Positions 51,728 to 64,000 of a stretch of 64,000 nucleotides of DNA are shown piece by piece. Position numbers and translations under genes: made by a program. The notes under the pieces are model-generated. The model did not search any database, was not told the DNA's origin, and worked only from the letters and a program-made list of their open reading frames with translations. Origin of the DNA: Tubulanus polymorphus (lineage: Eukaryota; Animalia; Nemertea); assembly GCF_964204645.1 (NCBI RefSeq), contig NC_134031.1, positions 9,238,001 through 9,302,000 on the forward strand, in the 5' to 3' direction. Positions within the stretch are counted from its first letter, which is position 1, and every line of letters starts with the position of its first letter.

Positions 51728-51837
51728 GGGCCAGTTTTATAGACTGGTATTAATCTTTAACCCTGAGGTTAACTCAATTCATTTTCAATTGAGTTAACCC
51801 CAGGGTTAAAGTTAATACTAGTCTATAAAACCGGCCC
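51728..51837. mobile_element. 110-bp palindromic Harbinger-like MITE
   Basis: GGGCCAGTTTTATAGACT..AGTCTATAAAACCGGCCC forms a nearly complete hairpin; 3-bp TSD CAG (51725-51727 / 51838-51840). Confidence 0.8.
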
Positions 51838-52684
51838 CAGGATGGCAAAGCATAAAAAATTTAAGCCTGTGAAGGCATACTATAGAATTTCACACACGCA
51901 TGATACCACTTCTGCAAATATTTGGTGTCTGTTCTCACCAATAATTTTTTCGACTTATAAATGTGTTTTCTTTTTTACAGGTCCGTACAAGGTCGATGAA
52001 CTACTTTCATTATGTGTTTTTTAATTGGATTTGCATTATTTACTGGTCTAAAGGTTAGTTACATAGAATCCCTTGATTAATAAGACATCCTACTTGTTTG
52101 GATGAATTTCAAATTGCCTTATAATTCATTAATTTGCACATTTTGTAGAACTGACACGATGTAATGGTCAAGACATGAACAATGATTTTTAGGACTTTAA
52201 CTGACAGTTGGCAAAATGACCACATTTCGTTAGGGCTGTGATTTTTACATGTTAACCAAAATGCTATCAATTGCTTAGATACCATAATTGACCATGCCGA
52301 GAGGAAAAAGAAAATCTGTTGAGCAGTTACAAGCAGAAAGAAAAAAGCAAAGGAGAAACAATACTATCCTTCAAGCTTCTGTTCACCAGGGTTCAGATAT
52401 TTTTTCTGATGCAGCTGGAAAGCAGTGCGTTGCGTGTTGTTATGTATATCATCTCTCAGTGAATGACACTGCACCAAATTCATTACAAACAAAAGATTGG
52501 ATGATATTTTGATTTTAGGATCAATTGTGTATCAGAATTTATGCATTGGTACAGTACATCAATATCTTATGGTGGAAGACCTACCATCTAGTTTCTCACT
52601 TAACAAGAGAACACTAACATTTTTGCATGATCAACCCTGTTTTGGCATTCCAAATGTTGTCATCCAAGATCCACCATGTGTAAT

Positions 52685-53100
52685 GAAATATGAGTCCCAC
52701 AATCAAAAGTTCGAAAGAGATTTTAAAACATCAAAACTATTAAGAATTTATAAAAAAACTCGAATTTTCGGTTTTATCCTAAAAACCATTCTCAAGAGTG
52801 ACTGAAATTATGACATTTCACGGTATATATACCAGTAAGAACAACACACTATATTGCACATGAAAACTAGGTAATATTAACCAGAGAGGAAATGTATAGG
52901 GACAAAAGTTTATTATGAGGGGAGAAACCAAGGTTACCATTGACACAGGAATTTGAATGGGAATTTATTAAAGCCGACTCAACTATTTGACGTCGGGTAG
53001 TACTGTGAGACGGAAAAATTATACGAGAATTATTAAAATCAAATTGATGACCATTGGTATCCCAAACGTGGGTAGCCACAGCACTTTGGGGTTTTTCAAG
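52685..53100 (-). mobile_element. Penelope 3' fragment inserted in the Helentron ORF
   Basis: ORF 52867-53079 (HVWDTNGHQFDF..IVESALI..GFSPHN) is homologous to the end of ORF 41273-41728; variant hammerhead at 52758-52799. Confidence 0.8.
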
Positions 53101-53539
53101 AAAGCCATCAACTGTATCAGATGAACTTGTTTCATTATTAAATCCATGTTTAAATAGTACCGTTCTTGATGCATGTGGCGAACTTAATGAATGTTCTCTC
53201 GAAGTCAGTAGTGAAGTTTTTGCCCAAGTTTTGATTGAAAGATTTCATGATGCTATTAAACATGGTCCATTGTACATTTGCTCATCTTGTGATCAAATGT
53301 ATTATCAACATTCTGTTAAAAGGGCTAAAACATTAAGAGACATTAACTCTGATCTATGTATACAGTTATTACAGTGCATTACAAGTGTTGGGGGCATTGA
53401 ATGGGTTTGTCTAACATGTTTTAAGTACATATCAGCTGGAAAAATACCCCCATGCTCTATCAATAATGGGTTACAATTTCCACCAATTCCTAATGAATTA
53501 AAGGATCTCAAGCCACTTGAATTAAGACTTGTATCTCCT

Positions 53540-54212
53540 AGACGTATCGGCCCCACTCCGCGCGGTTGCGCCACCGCCCGGGATTTACGCGAAGCAGCAG
53601 AACACAAACACGGCCACTCTCTCAATTTTCAATGATAGAAATCGTGTGTGCATTTCAATTATTTCGGCTGTTAGGGTTTTAAGGCACAATATAAGTTGAT
53701 AATGTGATATAGCGATGTTAATTAATGATAATTCCGCAGTGAAGCTAGTCATGAACGGTGCCGATTGAGTGTACAGCTGCCAAAAACACTGAAATGCGCG
53801 TAGTTGCGTAACTATTTGCAGTGAATTGCAGACGAAACATGAAGCCTTAACGGCCGTTTAAAAAAAATTATACCAATCGCAATTGTAAAATAAAAATGAG
53901 ATAGAACCTAAGTTAAAATTCTGGCCATTTCTAAAATGTTATTAATTATTATTACTAATTTTAAGTCAGTGCGGAATGTTTAATTTTCCAACAATAATGA
54001 AGGGTGGTAGGTAGTCATGCAATTCAAGTCATCATTTATTACACGTTACTTCCGTGTTGTTGAAAATCTCGCGAGTCCTGGACTAAACCCCAATGAACAA
54101 TGTGATCTGTGTGCTGGCCACAAATGCACACAGATCACACTACACTACCCATTACACACTCCAGTACCCACAGCTTTCATATATCCATCCATATATTTAG
54201 TGGCTTTCTTCC
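53540..54212. mobile_element. Unclassified ~670-bp insertion in the Helentron ORF
   Basis: Conserved Helitron peptide LRLVSP|xLPFMKI is split between 53539 and 54213. Confidence 0.55.
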
Positions 54213-55939
54213 TGGATTGCCATTCATGAAAATTCAAGAGGCATCTTGTGGTCGTCAGTTTAAGCTGAAAGGTAATATTGTGAATGTACCTGCAGACATT
54301 GTCCAGACTGTTACATCATTACCAAGGATGGAGCATGATGATGCTACAATAAAAATACAGCTCAAGAGAAAACTTCAATATAGATTGCCAGAAGCCACAG
54401 AGAACGTACGGCCTGAGCGTGTATGAAAAGCTGCCGAATGGTTATTTTCAAATGGAGACTGTTATAAACTTATTGGTATTCAATATGATAGAGAATGGGA
54501 CATCATTCCAAATGAGACAGAAACAGATATAAGCGTAACAGACACCAGTCAGCCTGACCTATCTTTAAACGACAATAAGGATGATTCTGAAGATATAGCT
54601 GGCATTTGTGACACATTGTTGACTGCACCTGACTTCCTTGAGGACACTGAGCGGGGACTTGTCTACAACTTGGCTCCAGGTGAAGGGAATAGACCTAAAA
54701 GTATATTTCAAGACAAATATGCGGAAGAATTAGCATTCCCTGGTATATTTTGCGGCCAAGCTCGAAAGTTAGATGAACTCTCTCAAACACAAGTGTTTTA
54801 CAGTGAGCTCTGTAAATCTGAGGTACGACGTAGTGACAGGTGTGTGGATAATTTTGTTGATAATTTGTTTTTTAAGACCAAAAAACTGCATATGAAAATG
54901 CTTCTTGATAAAGTTCAGCTGGCTGTAAGAAAGTATAAAACAATTGGTGCTACTATAACAGCTAAAGACGTTAAAGGTGGTCAAAGTAATGCTTTAGTTA
55001 ATCTCAACGAAGGATTCAGGGTACTAAAAACTATCCGTGGTTCTCCCGCCTATTTTGAACAGGCAAAGAAGGATTTGTTTGCCATGATCCGTCAACTTGG
55101 ACCAGCTACTTTCTTTCTTAGTTTGAGTGCAGCTGAGACGAGATGGATACATTTACTAAGGATCCTTGGTGAAATAATAGACCATAGAATTTAAACTGAT
55201 GAAGAAATTAGAAAATTCAGTTGGAAAACAAAATCTCGTTTAATTCAAAGTGACCCAGTCACCTGTGCACAGCACTTCGATTACCAGGTACAATGTTTTA
55301 TGAAACATATTCTGTTTTCAAAGTTTACTTCACTTGGAGCTGCAAAAGATTTCTTTTATCGAATTGAGTTTCAGCATCGTGGATCACTACATGTCCACAT
55401 GTTGGTATGGTTTCACAATGCACCTGTCTTCGGTAAAGACCCAGATACTAAGGTGACAGAGTTCATTGACACACTAATATCATGTCAGAACAATGGCAGC
55501 ACTGCAGTTGGTGATTTAATCAACCTACAAATCCATAAACATTCCTTTGCCTGTAAAAGAAAAATTGGCAGCAAAACAAAATGCCGTTTTGGATTTCCAA
55601 AACCCCCAATGAAGAACACTTGTATTCTCACACCACTGGATAAAGAGATGCCCAAGGAAGACGAGTTGCACCACATTCGTATATATGACCAAATAAAAAC
55701 CAAATTGAATGACAAGTGTCATGATGAAACTCAAACATATGAACAATTTTTGGAAAACCTTTCTCTGAAAGTGAATATCTTTTAGCGTTAAGAAGTCAAC
55801 TCCATACTGCTACTGTGTTTCTGAGACGTAATCCCTCTCAATGTTATGTCAATGGGTATAATTATGTTATCTTAAATGCTTGGCAGGCTAACATTGATAT
55901 CCAATTCATATTAGATGTATATTCATGTGCTGTGTATGT

Positions 55940-57425
55940 GAAGAAATTGTCACATGTTATGACCTGGCCAGCCCGAACATTCTGCGATGCGTCCATACAG
56001 CTCGATACCCAAGGTCAACTTGACCACCATCCGCTCCTTTGTACAGCGTCCAATTGTGGGCGTAACCAGTTTTCGACCCAGCCAGTATCCATGCTTTCAT
56101 GCCCCACTTGACAGGCTTACTCTTGATGTATTGCAACATAGAAGTTCGACCCTTGAAGGCTATCATGCCTTCATCCACGGACAGAAACTTTTCCACATGG
56201 AAGGCGTCATTCCATGCGCGAACTAGCTGTTCAATCAAAGACTTGACCTTGAATGTCCTGTCATAACCAGGCTGCCCTCTTTGAATTTGTGTTTCGTTAT
56301 ACACAGGGTGCAAGAATCGTAATAGCATCAAAAACCGATTACGGCTCGGAATCCTGGTTTATCAGTCAGAGGATCAGTAGACCAATGTGCACGAAAAGAT
56401 CCCTGATCTTCATATCCCGTCAGTAACAACAATGCCAGGAATGCTTTCATTTCGTCACTAGTGACATTATACCAGGTTTCTAGAACACTATCAGTAGTAT
56501 TTCCACTGTTTTGATATTGTTGAAAATAACGATTTGTTTCAGTCGCTAGCATGTCTATAATAGTGTCCGGAAAAGCTTTTGTGAAAAAGTCAATTGGCGT
56601 GTAGTCCGTTGTATCGAACTTGGGCTCACCTGGATTCGGACAGTTGTACTGCGGCAACCAGTTAGGAGGGGGTGGTTTCTATCTTCAGCCCAATCAGGAT
56701 CCTGATCAATGTTGGCATGTCCACCACGACCACGCACTGGGGCATGAGCTCTCCCAGTTCCACGACCCGGCCTGCCTCTAACAGCAGCAGTAGCTCGACC
56801 ACGTCCATGTCCCCGACCACAGATGACAGGTGCTGCTGGGGGTTGGGGATTGTCATTATCAGTACTGTCACTATCAGCAGACTGATTATCATCGCTATCA
56901 GGAGTATTATCGTCACTTACAGGACTATTTTCACCATTATTGTCACTTACTTCCGCATCTAAATCACTCTCGGGTTCACTGTCGGTTTCATTTCCAGGTT
57001 CAAAATCGCTTTCTGAACGACTTTCAGCGTTTGAGTCACTGTCGTTAGAGTCACTGTCAGCAAATATCTCTCTTATTTCATGATCACTAAACCTGCGTGA
57101 CATTTTATGAACGTTCCTTTCACCAAAAACCGTGCCGGAAATGTCACATTTACCTCAAACTTAGCGATAAAATTCCAAAAACTGCAATTCGCTTCAACTT
57201 CAATTTTCACAATATTCTTGAGTAGCAACATACCGTTCCAATAGTTTCAATGGGACGCATTGAAACTTTACTTGCATACACAGGCGGTGGCAGCTAAAAT
57301 CCGGCGCAGGTTACGCTGAAACGTCGGGGTAAAGTAGGCATGCCTGGTGCTCGCAATTTTGCGAGAGTGGGACCGACAGAACTGCTCCCGGTGCTCGCAA
57401 AATTGCGAGAGTGGGTCTCAAAGGG
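55940..57425 (-). mobile_element. One-ended piggyBac with frameshifted, 3'-truncated transposase, inserted in the Helentron
   Basis: AGGG-TTAA at 57422-57429; ORFs 56555-57103 (acidic plus GR-rich), 56328-56657 (ETNRY, EMKAFL), 55957-56331 (LSVDEGM, YIKSKPVKWGMK); two subterminal repeats GGTGCTCGCAA..TTGCGAGAGTGGG. Confidence 0.9.
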
Positions 57426-59719
57426 TTAAAGAGTCAGATCTATTATCCCCATATAATGATTATAAAGCTTATTATCAACACCATTTAGATGTCATAAAGA
57501 GAAATATGACTGCCTTGGAACCTGCTTCACTGGAGTTAGACTTTGCGATTGCAAATTTAGGTGAAATTCAGGAATTAGAGGATAGTTGGGATATACTTGC
57601 CCCAAATACTCAACACTTAAATGCAGAAGAAAATGGAGACAGTGATAGTGCATATTATGCTTCTCTGCATCCAACTCATAGGGAATATGCTTCAACTGAT
57701 CTTGCTTTGGATTTTGGCATTGGGTGTGCAAGTCAAGAAGAGAACTACATCCAAAATGAACTTGAAGAACAAGAATACTTGTCCCTACTTAATTCTTTAA
57801 ACAAATCTCAAAAACTGTTTTTTTTAGAGATACTGCATCTAGTCAAAACTTCAGTTGAGTCATTTCATGTCTTCCTTTCTGGTGCTGGAGGTGTAGGAAA
57901 AAGCAGTCATTCATGCAGTAAATCATGCTGTGATTAAATTCTACAATACTCGAGCAGGAAGTGATTACACTGAAACAAAAGTAATGGTAGCACCCACTGG
58001 AAAAGCAGCTTTCAATATCAACGGTTCTACAATTCACTCTGCGTTTAAAATATTGCCAAACCAAGCGCTGGCATGGCAACCCCTTCAGTCAGAAAAACTT
58101 AATAACCTCAGATGTGCTTGAGGTAGAAAGAAGTTGTTCTATGTCCTACACAAACGTTTACAAGAAATAACGGGTTTAGCGACTAGCAAACGCTTCTGCT
58201 CCAGAACTACATAAACTACCACATCTTTATATAACAAACAGTAAAGTACAATATCATAACAATTTGATTCATGAAACTTCTGGCTTAGAAAGATATGTCA
58301 TTCAAGCTCGTGATAATGTCTCTTCTAATGTTACTTCGGCAGCAGCTAAAGCAATCATTTCATTAATACCTTCAGACGATCGCAAAACAATGCAGCTACA
58401 GAAGCAGCTTACCCTTGCTATCGATTTAGAGTATGACCTAACTTGTAATGTTTACATAACAGATAGTTTGACAAATGGGGCAACAGGTACACTGAAAAAG
58501 GTTCAGTTACCAGAAAGTTCTTCATTAGCCATTCGTGTCTTGTGGTTGAAATTCAAACCCTCCAGAATTGGAAAAAATAGGTGTTGTAATAGACATATGT
58601 ATAATAATGCCTCTGTGAATTTTACTTGGACTCCGATAATGCCAGTTAAAAAGTCTTTTCAAGTTGGTCAATCATGTAATGCTACAGTCGACAAAATACA
58701 ATTCCCTTGCGTGCTTCAGCGGCTAAAACAGTACATAGGGCCCAGGGGTCTACATTAGATCAGGTAGTTGTGGACTTATCTGGTAGAGCAGAATCTCACT
58801 TACACTATGTAGCTCTATGTCGCGCCACTAAACTGTCAGGACTTCATATACTAGACCTCAATGAACAGAAAATTAAAGTTAGTGACTTAGTTAAGCTTGA
58901 AATGAATAGATTACGTAGTATAGCAAAATTCCCTATTACATTAGATATTTCTCAAATTCCTTTCAGCATCATGTATTTAAACCGTAGGTCGCTAAATAAA
59001 CATATTGTTGATATCCGTGCCGATGATAATCTTTTGGCATCTCATTATATGTGCTGAAAGCCGCTTTTGTCATTTTGACAACGAAATAATGTCATCCTTG
59101 ATTGGATTTTTCAATACAGATTTGACGAATCTACTAAAGGTATTTACCACCCTTATAGAGGTCTTGTTGTCTATAGCAGACTGGCCTTCACAAATACACC
59201 TGTGATACTGAGAAATAATCAAGTAGAAGCTGTACTGTTTAAAGTCCATGTTATGGATAAACATGTCCTGGTATGTGGGGTATACAGATCATCAAATGCA
59301 CTAAATGCCCACATGTCTTGCCTTGCCCAAGAAATAAACAAAATCATAAATTCAGTAGACTATCTGATTGTCGTAGGTGATTTGAACATTAATTGGCAAG
59401 ATTCTGTTAATCATAAGAGAGTATACTCCTGGTTCTCTACATTAGATTTAAAACAGATTCAACATGAAGTAACCACAGACTATGGAACAAATATTGACTT
59501 ATTTCTAACGACGTCACCAGAAAACATCAAATGTCGAGTACTTGTATGCTACTTTTCTGACCATAAACCAGTTGTATTAGATGTTAGATAAATGATAGTC
59601 TAATGGTCAAAAAACAGTATTTCAAATTTATAAGGAATTTTTCAGTTGTAAATGTCATAATATGAATTATTTTCCACTTCTCTGGTAAACTTATACATTC
59701 CATGTTTCTTCTATTGTAG

Positions 59720-62290
59720 ATGCCTACCATTAGTAAACTTTTGGAGGACAAGTCCAACACCAGTGCACCTTACTCGAAATGTATAAGAGTCAAGATCATA
59801 AAACTACTGCAAGATAAAATGTCTGTTGCAGATTCAACAGGATGTATGAAATTTATGCTACATTGTCAAGAAAAATGTGCAAGCCTCAAAGAAAATCAAG
59901 GACTTCTCAAAAATTACAAATTCCGTTATGGAGTGGGTTCTATTGTGGAAGACACGGTGATTGGACAAACATCTGTACCTGAAGTACCAGCAGATATCGA
60001 GAAAAGAACCACTTTGTTAATAGATCCACCTTCATCACCGACAGTGCAAATTTCAGTAGCAAAAGGAAGTCCAGTGAAGTCTAAGGTGACAGTCCATGGA
60101 ACTGTTGTTCAGGTATGCTAGGTATAATACCCAATACCCGTATTCAATTAGTGAAATCTATATCTCCACGTCCTCTCGGCTATAACCAAGCTAAGCGTTC
60201 ACGCTAGGAAATTATTCGCGGCCTATTCGCGTATTTTCTGTAGTGTGAATGCAGATTTGGCGCTTAGCTAGCCGCGTATTTGCATCCTTGTAGTACTCTA
60301 CACTCTACGGCACCAGCGAAGTACGGTACTATAAGCACAGAATCTCGTGTGAACTCGGCTATAAAGCTAGAGGCACATGAGTGTATCTTAGCGCCCAATC
60401 GCGACAATTTAGGTTTCCAGCGACTTTATACACCTAATTATGAACAGTCACACATAGCAAACGAAGCATTTTTTAAATTCAATCGCTCAACAAAGTACAT
60501 TGATTACACGCAGACAACCAAATTTGTAAACAAACTGATCACCCGCATAAATAATCTGCCAAAAATATCAGATATGATACAGGCAATTCGTCGTGTGGTT
60601 GAGTCCGCCAATGAAATCGCCGTCACTGAACAGACATACAGCTGATTTTGTTGGGCGATTTATAAATTTGCCACTATCAGGCAAAGTAATATGCTTGTGT
60701 GCCCCTACCTTAATAGAGTGGCTTACCGTAACAACAATAACCACAGATAGCGCCTACACAAACATTTTACAGTGTTTGCATGTTACCTAATGTGTCTTCA
60801 TTTGTTACATACATATTCAAACCATGCTTATTTTTTTAAATGTTTTATAGGATGAGTTGCCACGTACAGCTTTGTGTGGCCCCTCTGAAATACCAATTCG
60901 TACCATAACTATCCAAAATGAATCTGGAGACGTTGATGTAACATTATGAAGACAATTTTCCAAGACTGATATCGCGACAGGAAATCATGTTCTGTTTAAA
61001 AACCTTACTTTATCTTCTTTTAACCAAAAACCTGTTCTAGCTACTACCGGAGCTTCATCATTCGAGGTAAGTTTTTTTCTACTTTTGTGACTAAAGGTCA
61101 CTAACTAACGGGAGTGGCGCGTTTATATACGTATGTATATAAACGCATATTCGGGTGAAGGTTAGATTGATTTGAGCTCAGGGATGAGATGCAGTGAAAA
61201 AAGGTGAACATTTCTCAAAAGTACATTTTTGTATTAAAAATATGAAAATTTTGAAAACTATGGAAATTTTTTTGAAATTTCTTGTCATCAGAAAAAGTAT
61301 TTTATATGTCCTTTGTGAAAAATTCTGTTTTTTTATATGAAAAATGCATCCTCCTGGCAGGAATTCGGACCTGAAGGCATCATGACTCACCATTGTATGA
61401 AACCCTGCCACACTAGCCCGTAGTTACATGTACCTGCACATTTAGGCTAGTGTGATAGGGTTTTGTGTCATGGCTGAGACTAGCGATACCATCGGGTTCA
61501 TATCCCTGCCAAGGGAGGATGAAAATAAGATTGAAAAATCCTGAGTTTTAGAAATAGGCAATGTGATAATTTCAGAATCTTGCATCTCATCCCTAACAAC
61601 ATACATTTCTCTTACTGGGTAAAATACATATTGAACACTAAACCTCGCCACATACATAGCCAAGTTTTGGGTAACTTATACATAAAATAAATATTTTCTA
61701 ACTTAATTTATTTCGTTATCCTAAAACTATCCTGTATATCATTGTCTCAATTTTAAACACTACTTGAATTTCTGTGTTCTCGCTGACGTCAATACTCTTT
61801 ATATTCTGTCACACTGACCGCTTTACTAGGTCAAACCTTTCCAGTTTAGTCCATTACCAGTTAATTCCAAATGCCAAAATAGGCAATTAGAACTTAGGCC
61901 AGGATCAACAGATCCAAGTGTGTGGTGTATACACATTGAACAAGTATCGTTCTTCTCTGCAACTTAGGTTTCTAAAACCAATGCATTAGTCTATTCGGTG
62001 CAAACTTTTATCAATCTGCATAATGATTACCAGCTCCGATAATGCCATTATGAAATTACCCTGTTCCCTAGATTGCACTTATGCATCGCAAATTGAAAGA
62101 TGGTTGATACTAAAATTGTTGAATATTGCTATAACTTAACTTCTTGGATTTCAATGCTTTTTTGATTATCTTTGTAGAAGACTGAACCTCCTACTATTCG
62201 TAAGAAAATTGTTCTCCATGCTGTAAAAGTTGAGGCAGACGACTATATTGCATTCCTTGCCCAGTGTGTCCGGGTCTGTTGGCGATCAAA
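59720..62290 (+). pseudogene. Spliced OB-fold (RPA70-like ssDNA-binding) gene downstream of the Helentron ORF
   Basis: Exons 59720-60112, 60851-61066 and possibly 62178 onward, with GT-AG phase-0 junctions. Peptides SVADSTGCMKF, KVTVHGTVVQ|DE..RTITIQNESGDVDVTL*R..GNHVLFKNL (TGA where the W of an OB-fold VTLW motif is expected). Confidence 0.6.
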
Positions 62291-62779
62291 TCGGTCATTA
62301 AATCGCCCACTGTGTCCTCAATTGTTAAGTTTTATGCAGTTTTATTTTTATACACAGATGTTTGAAAGATAACAATCTAAAAAATCTTATATATCTACAA
62401 ATGATCACCTTTCTTTTCTTAAATTCCTTCTAGTCAAGCATTCTAAGAAGTGCCACTTTTTATCCTGTCATTCTGTTTTCTAAGAGGACTTTGTTCCCTA
62501 TCAGGGGCAATTCATTAAATATGTGTGCATCTAGCAGCTGAAGGAGAGAAATTTGTTAATTGGAGGTTTCATAAAATAACCCAAATCTTCCTATGCACAT
62601 GTATTAACCTAAAAACTTCAAAGATGGCGCTCAATGTTGCACTTTTATAATGTGAGAAACAAAATGAATTTGAATTTCGTAAATGTGGTAACAGTCTGCC
62701 AGCAACAATTTGCCTCCATTTGTGTAACTTTCGAAGTCTAGCCAGTTTTGTCAAATTTATTACATAAGCTAAACACAAT

Positions 62780-63760
62780 CGAACGTCCTGTTTTAAAGTT
62801 TCTTTCTAGTTTGATATTGCTATAGTTAATGACAGCGGGCAATGATCTGAATGTACAGTGAAGTCTTCAACTTTCATACATACAATCTGTTCGATGATAC
62901 CTTCACTACAGATAAAATAGTCTACTGTACTGCACCCATTATATTTGAAGCAAGTTGGTTTTCCAAATAAATCTCCCAATACCCGACCATTCAATATTCT
63001 GAGGTTCATTACATATCTCGACTACTAGTCGGTTTGAGCAGTGACTTATTCGGTAAGTCATTCCTGATGTCAGTCATAGCGGCCATGACATCATCACGTA
63101 GGTAACCGATCGATTGATCAATGGAGTTCGCAACGGTCACTATATCCTCGCCCACACTTAGACAGATATCCTGAATCTAAGCATTTCATTGGTTCTGCTT
63201 TACAGAGTTCGCGATAGTACCACTCTGTAGACTCTCAAAGCATTGTATGAGGGTACTCGCGGTATTCGCTAACCCATGTTGCTGGAGACATACGCCTTCC
63301 GTTCGCCTTTGAAGACTCTACATTCTCTAGTAATAGTTGTGACTCTGCAATTAGCGTGCGAATGTTCTCTTGGATGACAAGATTGTCATCAGAGATCTTG
63401 TCCACCGATTGAACCAGGTGGTCCAAAGGTGGAACCATACGTACGACAGAGTTCTCCATGTTCTTAACAATATCCACCAAGGAGCCGCACAGAGGGCATT
63501 CATTGTTGGGCTGTCGCCTCCCTGATTTGGATGTTTCTTTTCTGGCGGTTGGGTTGGTTTTCTGCCGATTACGGTTGTCGGATATACATTTGTTTCAATG
63601 CTTATTTCGACCTCTGTCATCGCTGTGATGGCATCGCTGCCAGTGGTGAGTTCATCTGACCCCATAAGGACGCTCGTCGAGTCTTGAGGTAGAAGCCGGA
63701 AGGAAATCTGCTTTTTCGGCATCGATCTCCTCAGTTGAAATCAGAGGGGTGTCTAATTTT
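62780..63760 (-). mobile_element. LINE 5' fragment: ORF1-like region and APE endonuclease
   Basis: LRILNGRVLGDLFGKPTC..STVDYF..SDHCPL (62806-63009); upstream low-complexity / coiled-coil-like frames at 63235-63722. Confidence 0.7.
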
Positions 63761-64000
63761 TCTACATCGATCTCCCCGGAATGTGATGCTTGAACAGTTT
63801 CTATCTGCTGGAAATTAGTTATAGTTCCGTTGGGCGCAGCAGTTTTCTCGGCATAACATTCTATCTACTAAGTCGAGTAGAATCGGAAACTCGTTTTCGG
63901 CCCACATGTCAGTACAGTTCCCTTGAACGGTTATCGTGTGGGTTTTTGGATACACGCGTGTATAGTGAAAATGGAATTGTTACCATAACCGTTTGCTGAG

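Larger units (their letters stand above)
52288..59591 (+). pseudogene. Helentron Rep-helicase-endonuclease polyprotein, fragmented
   Basis: QASVHQG..AGKQC (cysteine-protease-like), CSSC..CLTC zinc finger, IRQLGPATFFLSLSAAE, HUH motif RIEFQHRGSLHVHMLVW, QIHKHSFAC, PIF1 motifs SGAGGVGKS / [17 protein letters not shown] / TVHRAQGSTLD / YVALCRA, APE-like VGDLN / TNIDLF / SDHKPV. Confidence 0.92.

Overview
AT-rich animal genomic DNA, probably from a marine invertebrate (inferred from the mix of repeat families). It is almost entirely nested transposable elements, and no host gene can be supported. Main contents: (i) a decayed autonomous Helentron (~52.3-59.6 kb; cysteine-protease-like N-terminus, HUH Rep, PIF1 helicase, APE-like endonuclease) followed by a spliced OB-fold/RPA-like gene; (ii) at least four families of non-autonomous Helentron-type (HINE-like) elements, including a 9.7 kb head-to-tail block nested in a satellite-carrying one; (iii) two one-ended piggyBac transposase elements and several TTAA-flanked non-autonomous piggyBacs; (iv) an Academ fold-back built from two 3' ends; (v) two hAT-like elements with 6-bp TSDs; (vi) a decayed SWIM/PHD-type MULE; (vii) several RTE-X-like LINEs, two inserted at virtually the same base; (viii) Penelope elements with minimal hammerhead ribozymes; (ix) many MITEs. 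Many insertions have an empty-site paralogue inside the window, so TSDs and nesting order can be read directly. Family assignments come from motif recognition by eye, not database searches, and coordinates of degenerate ends are approximate.
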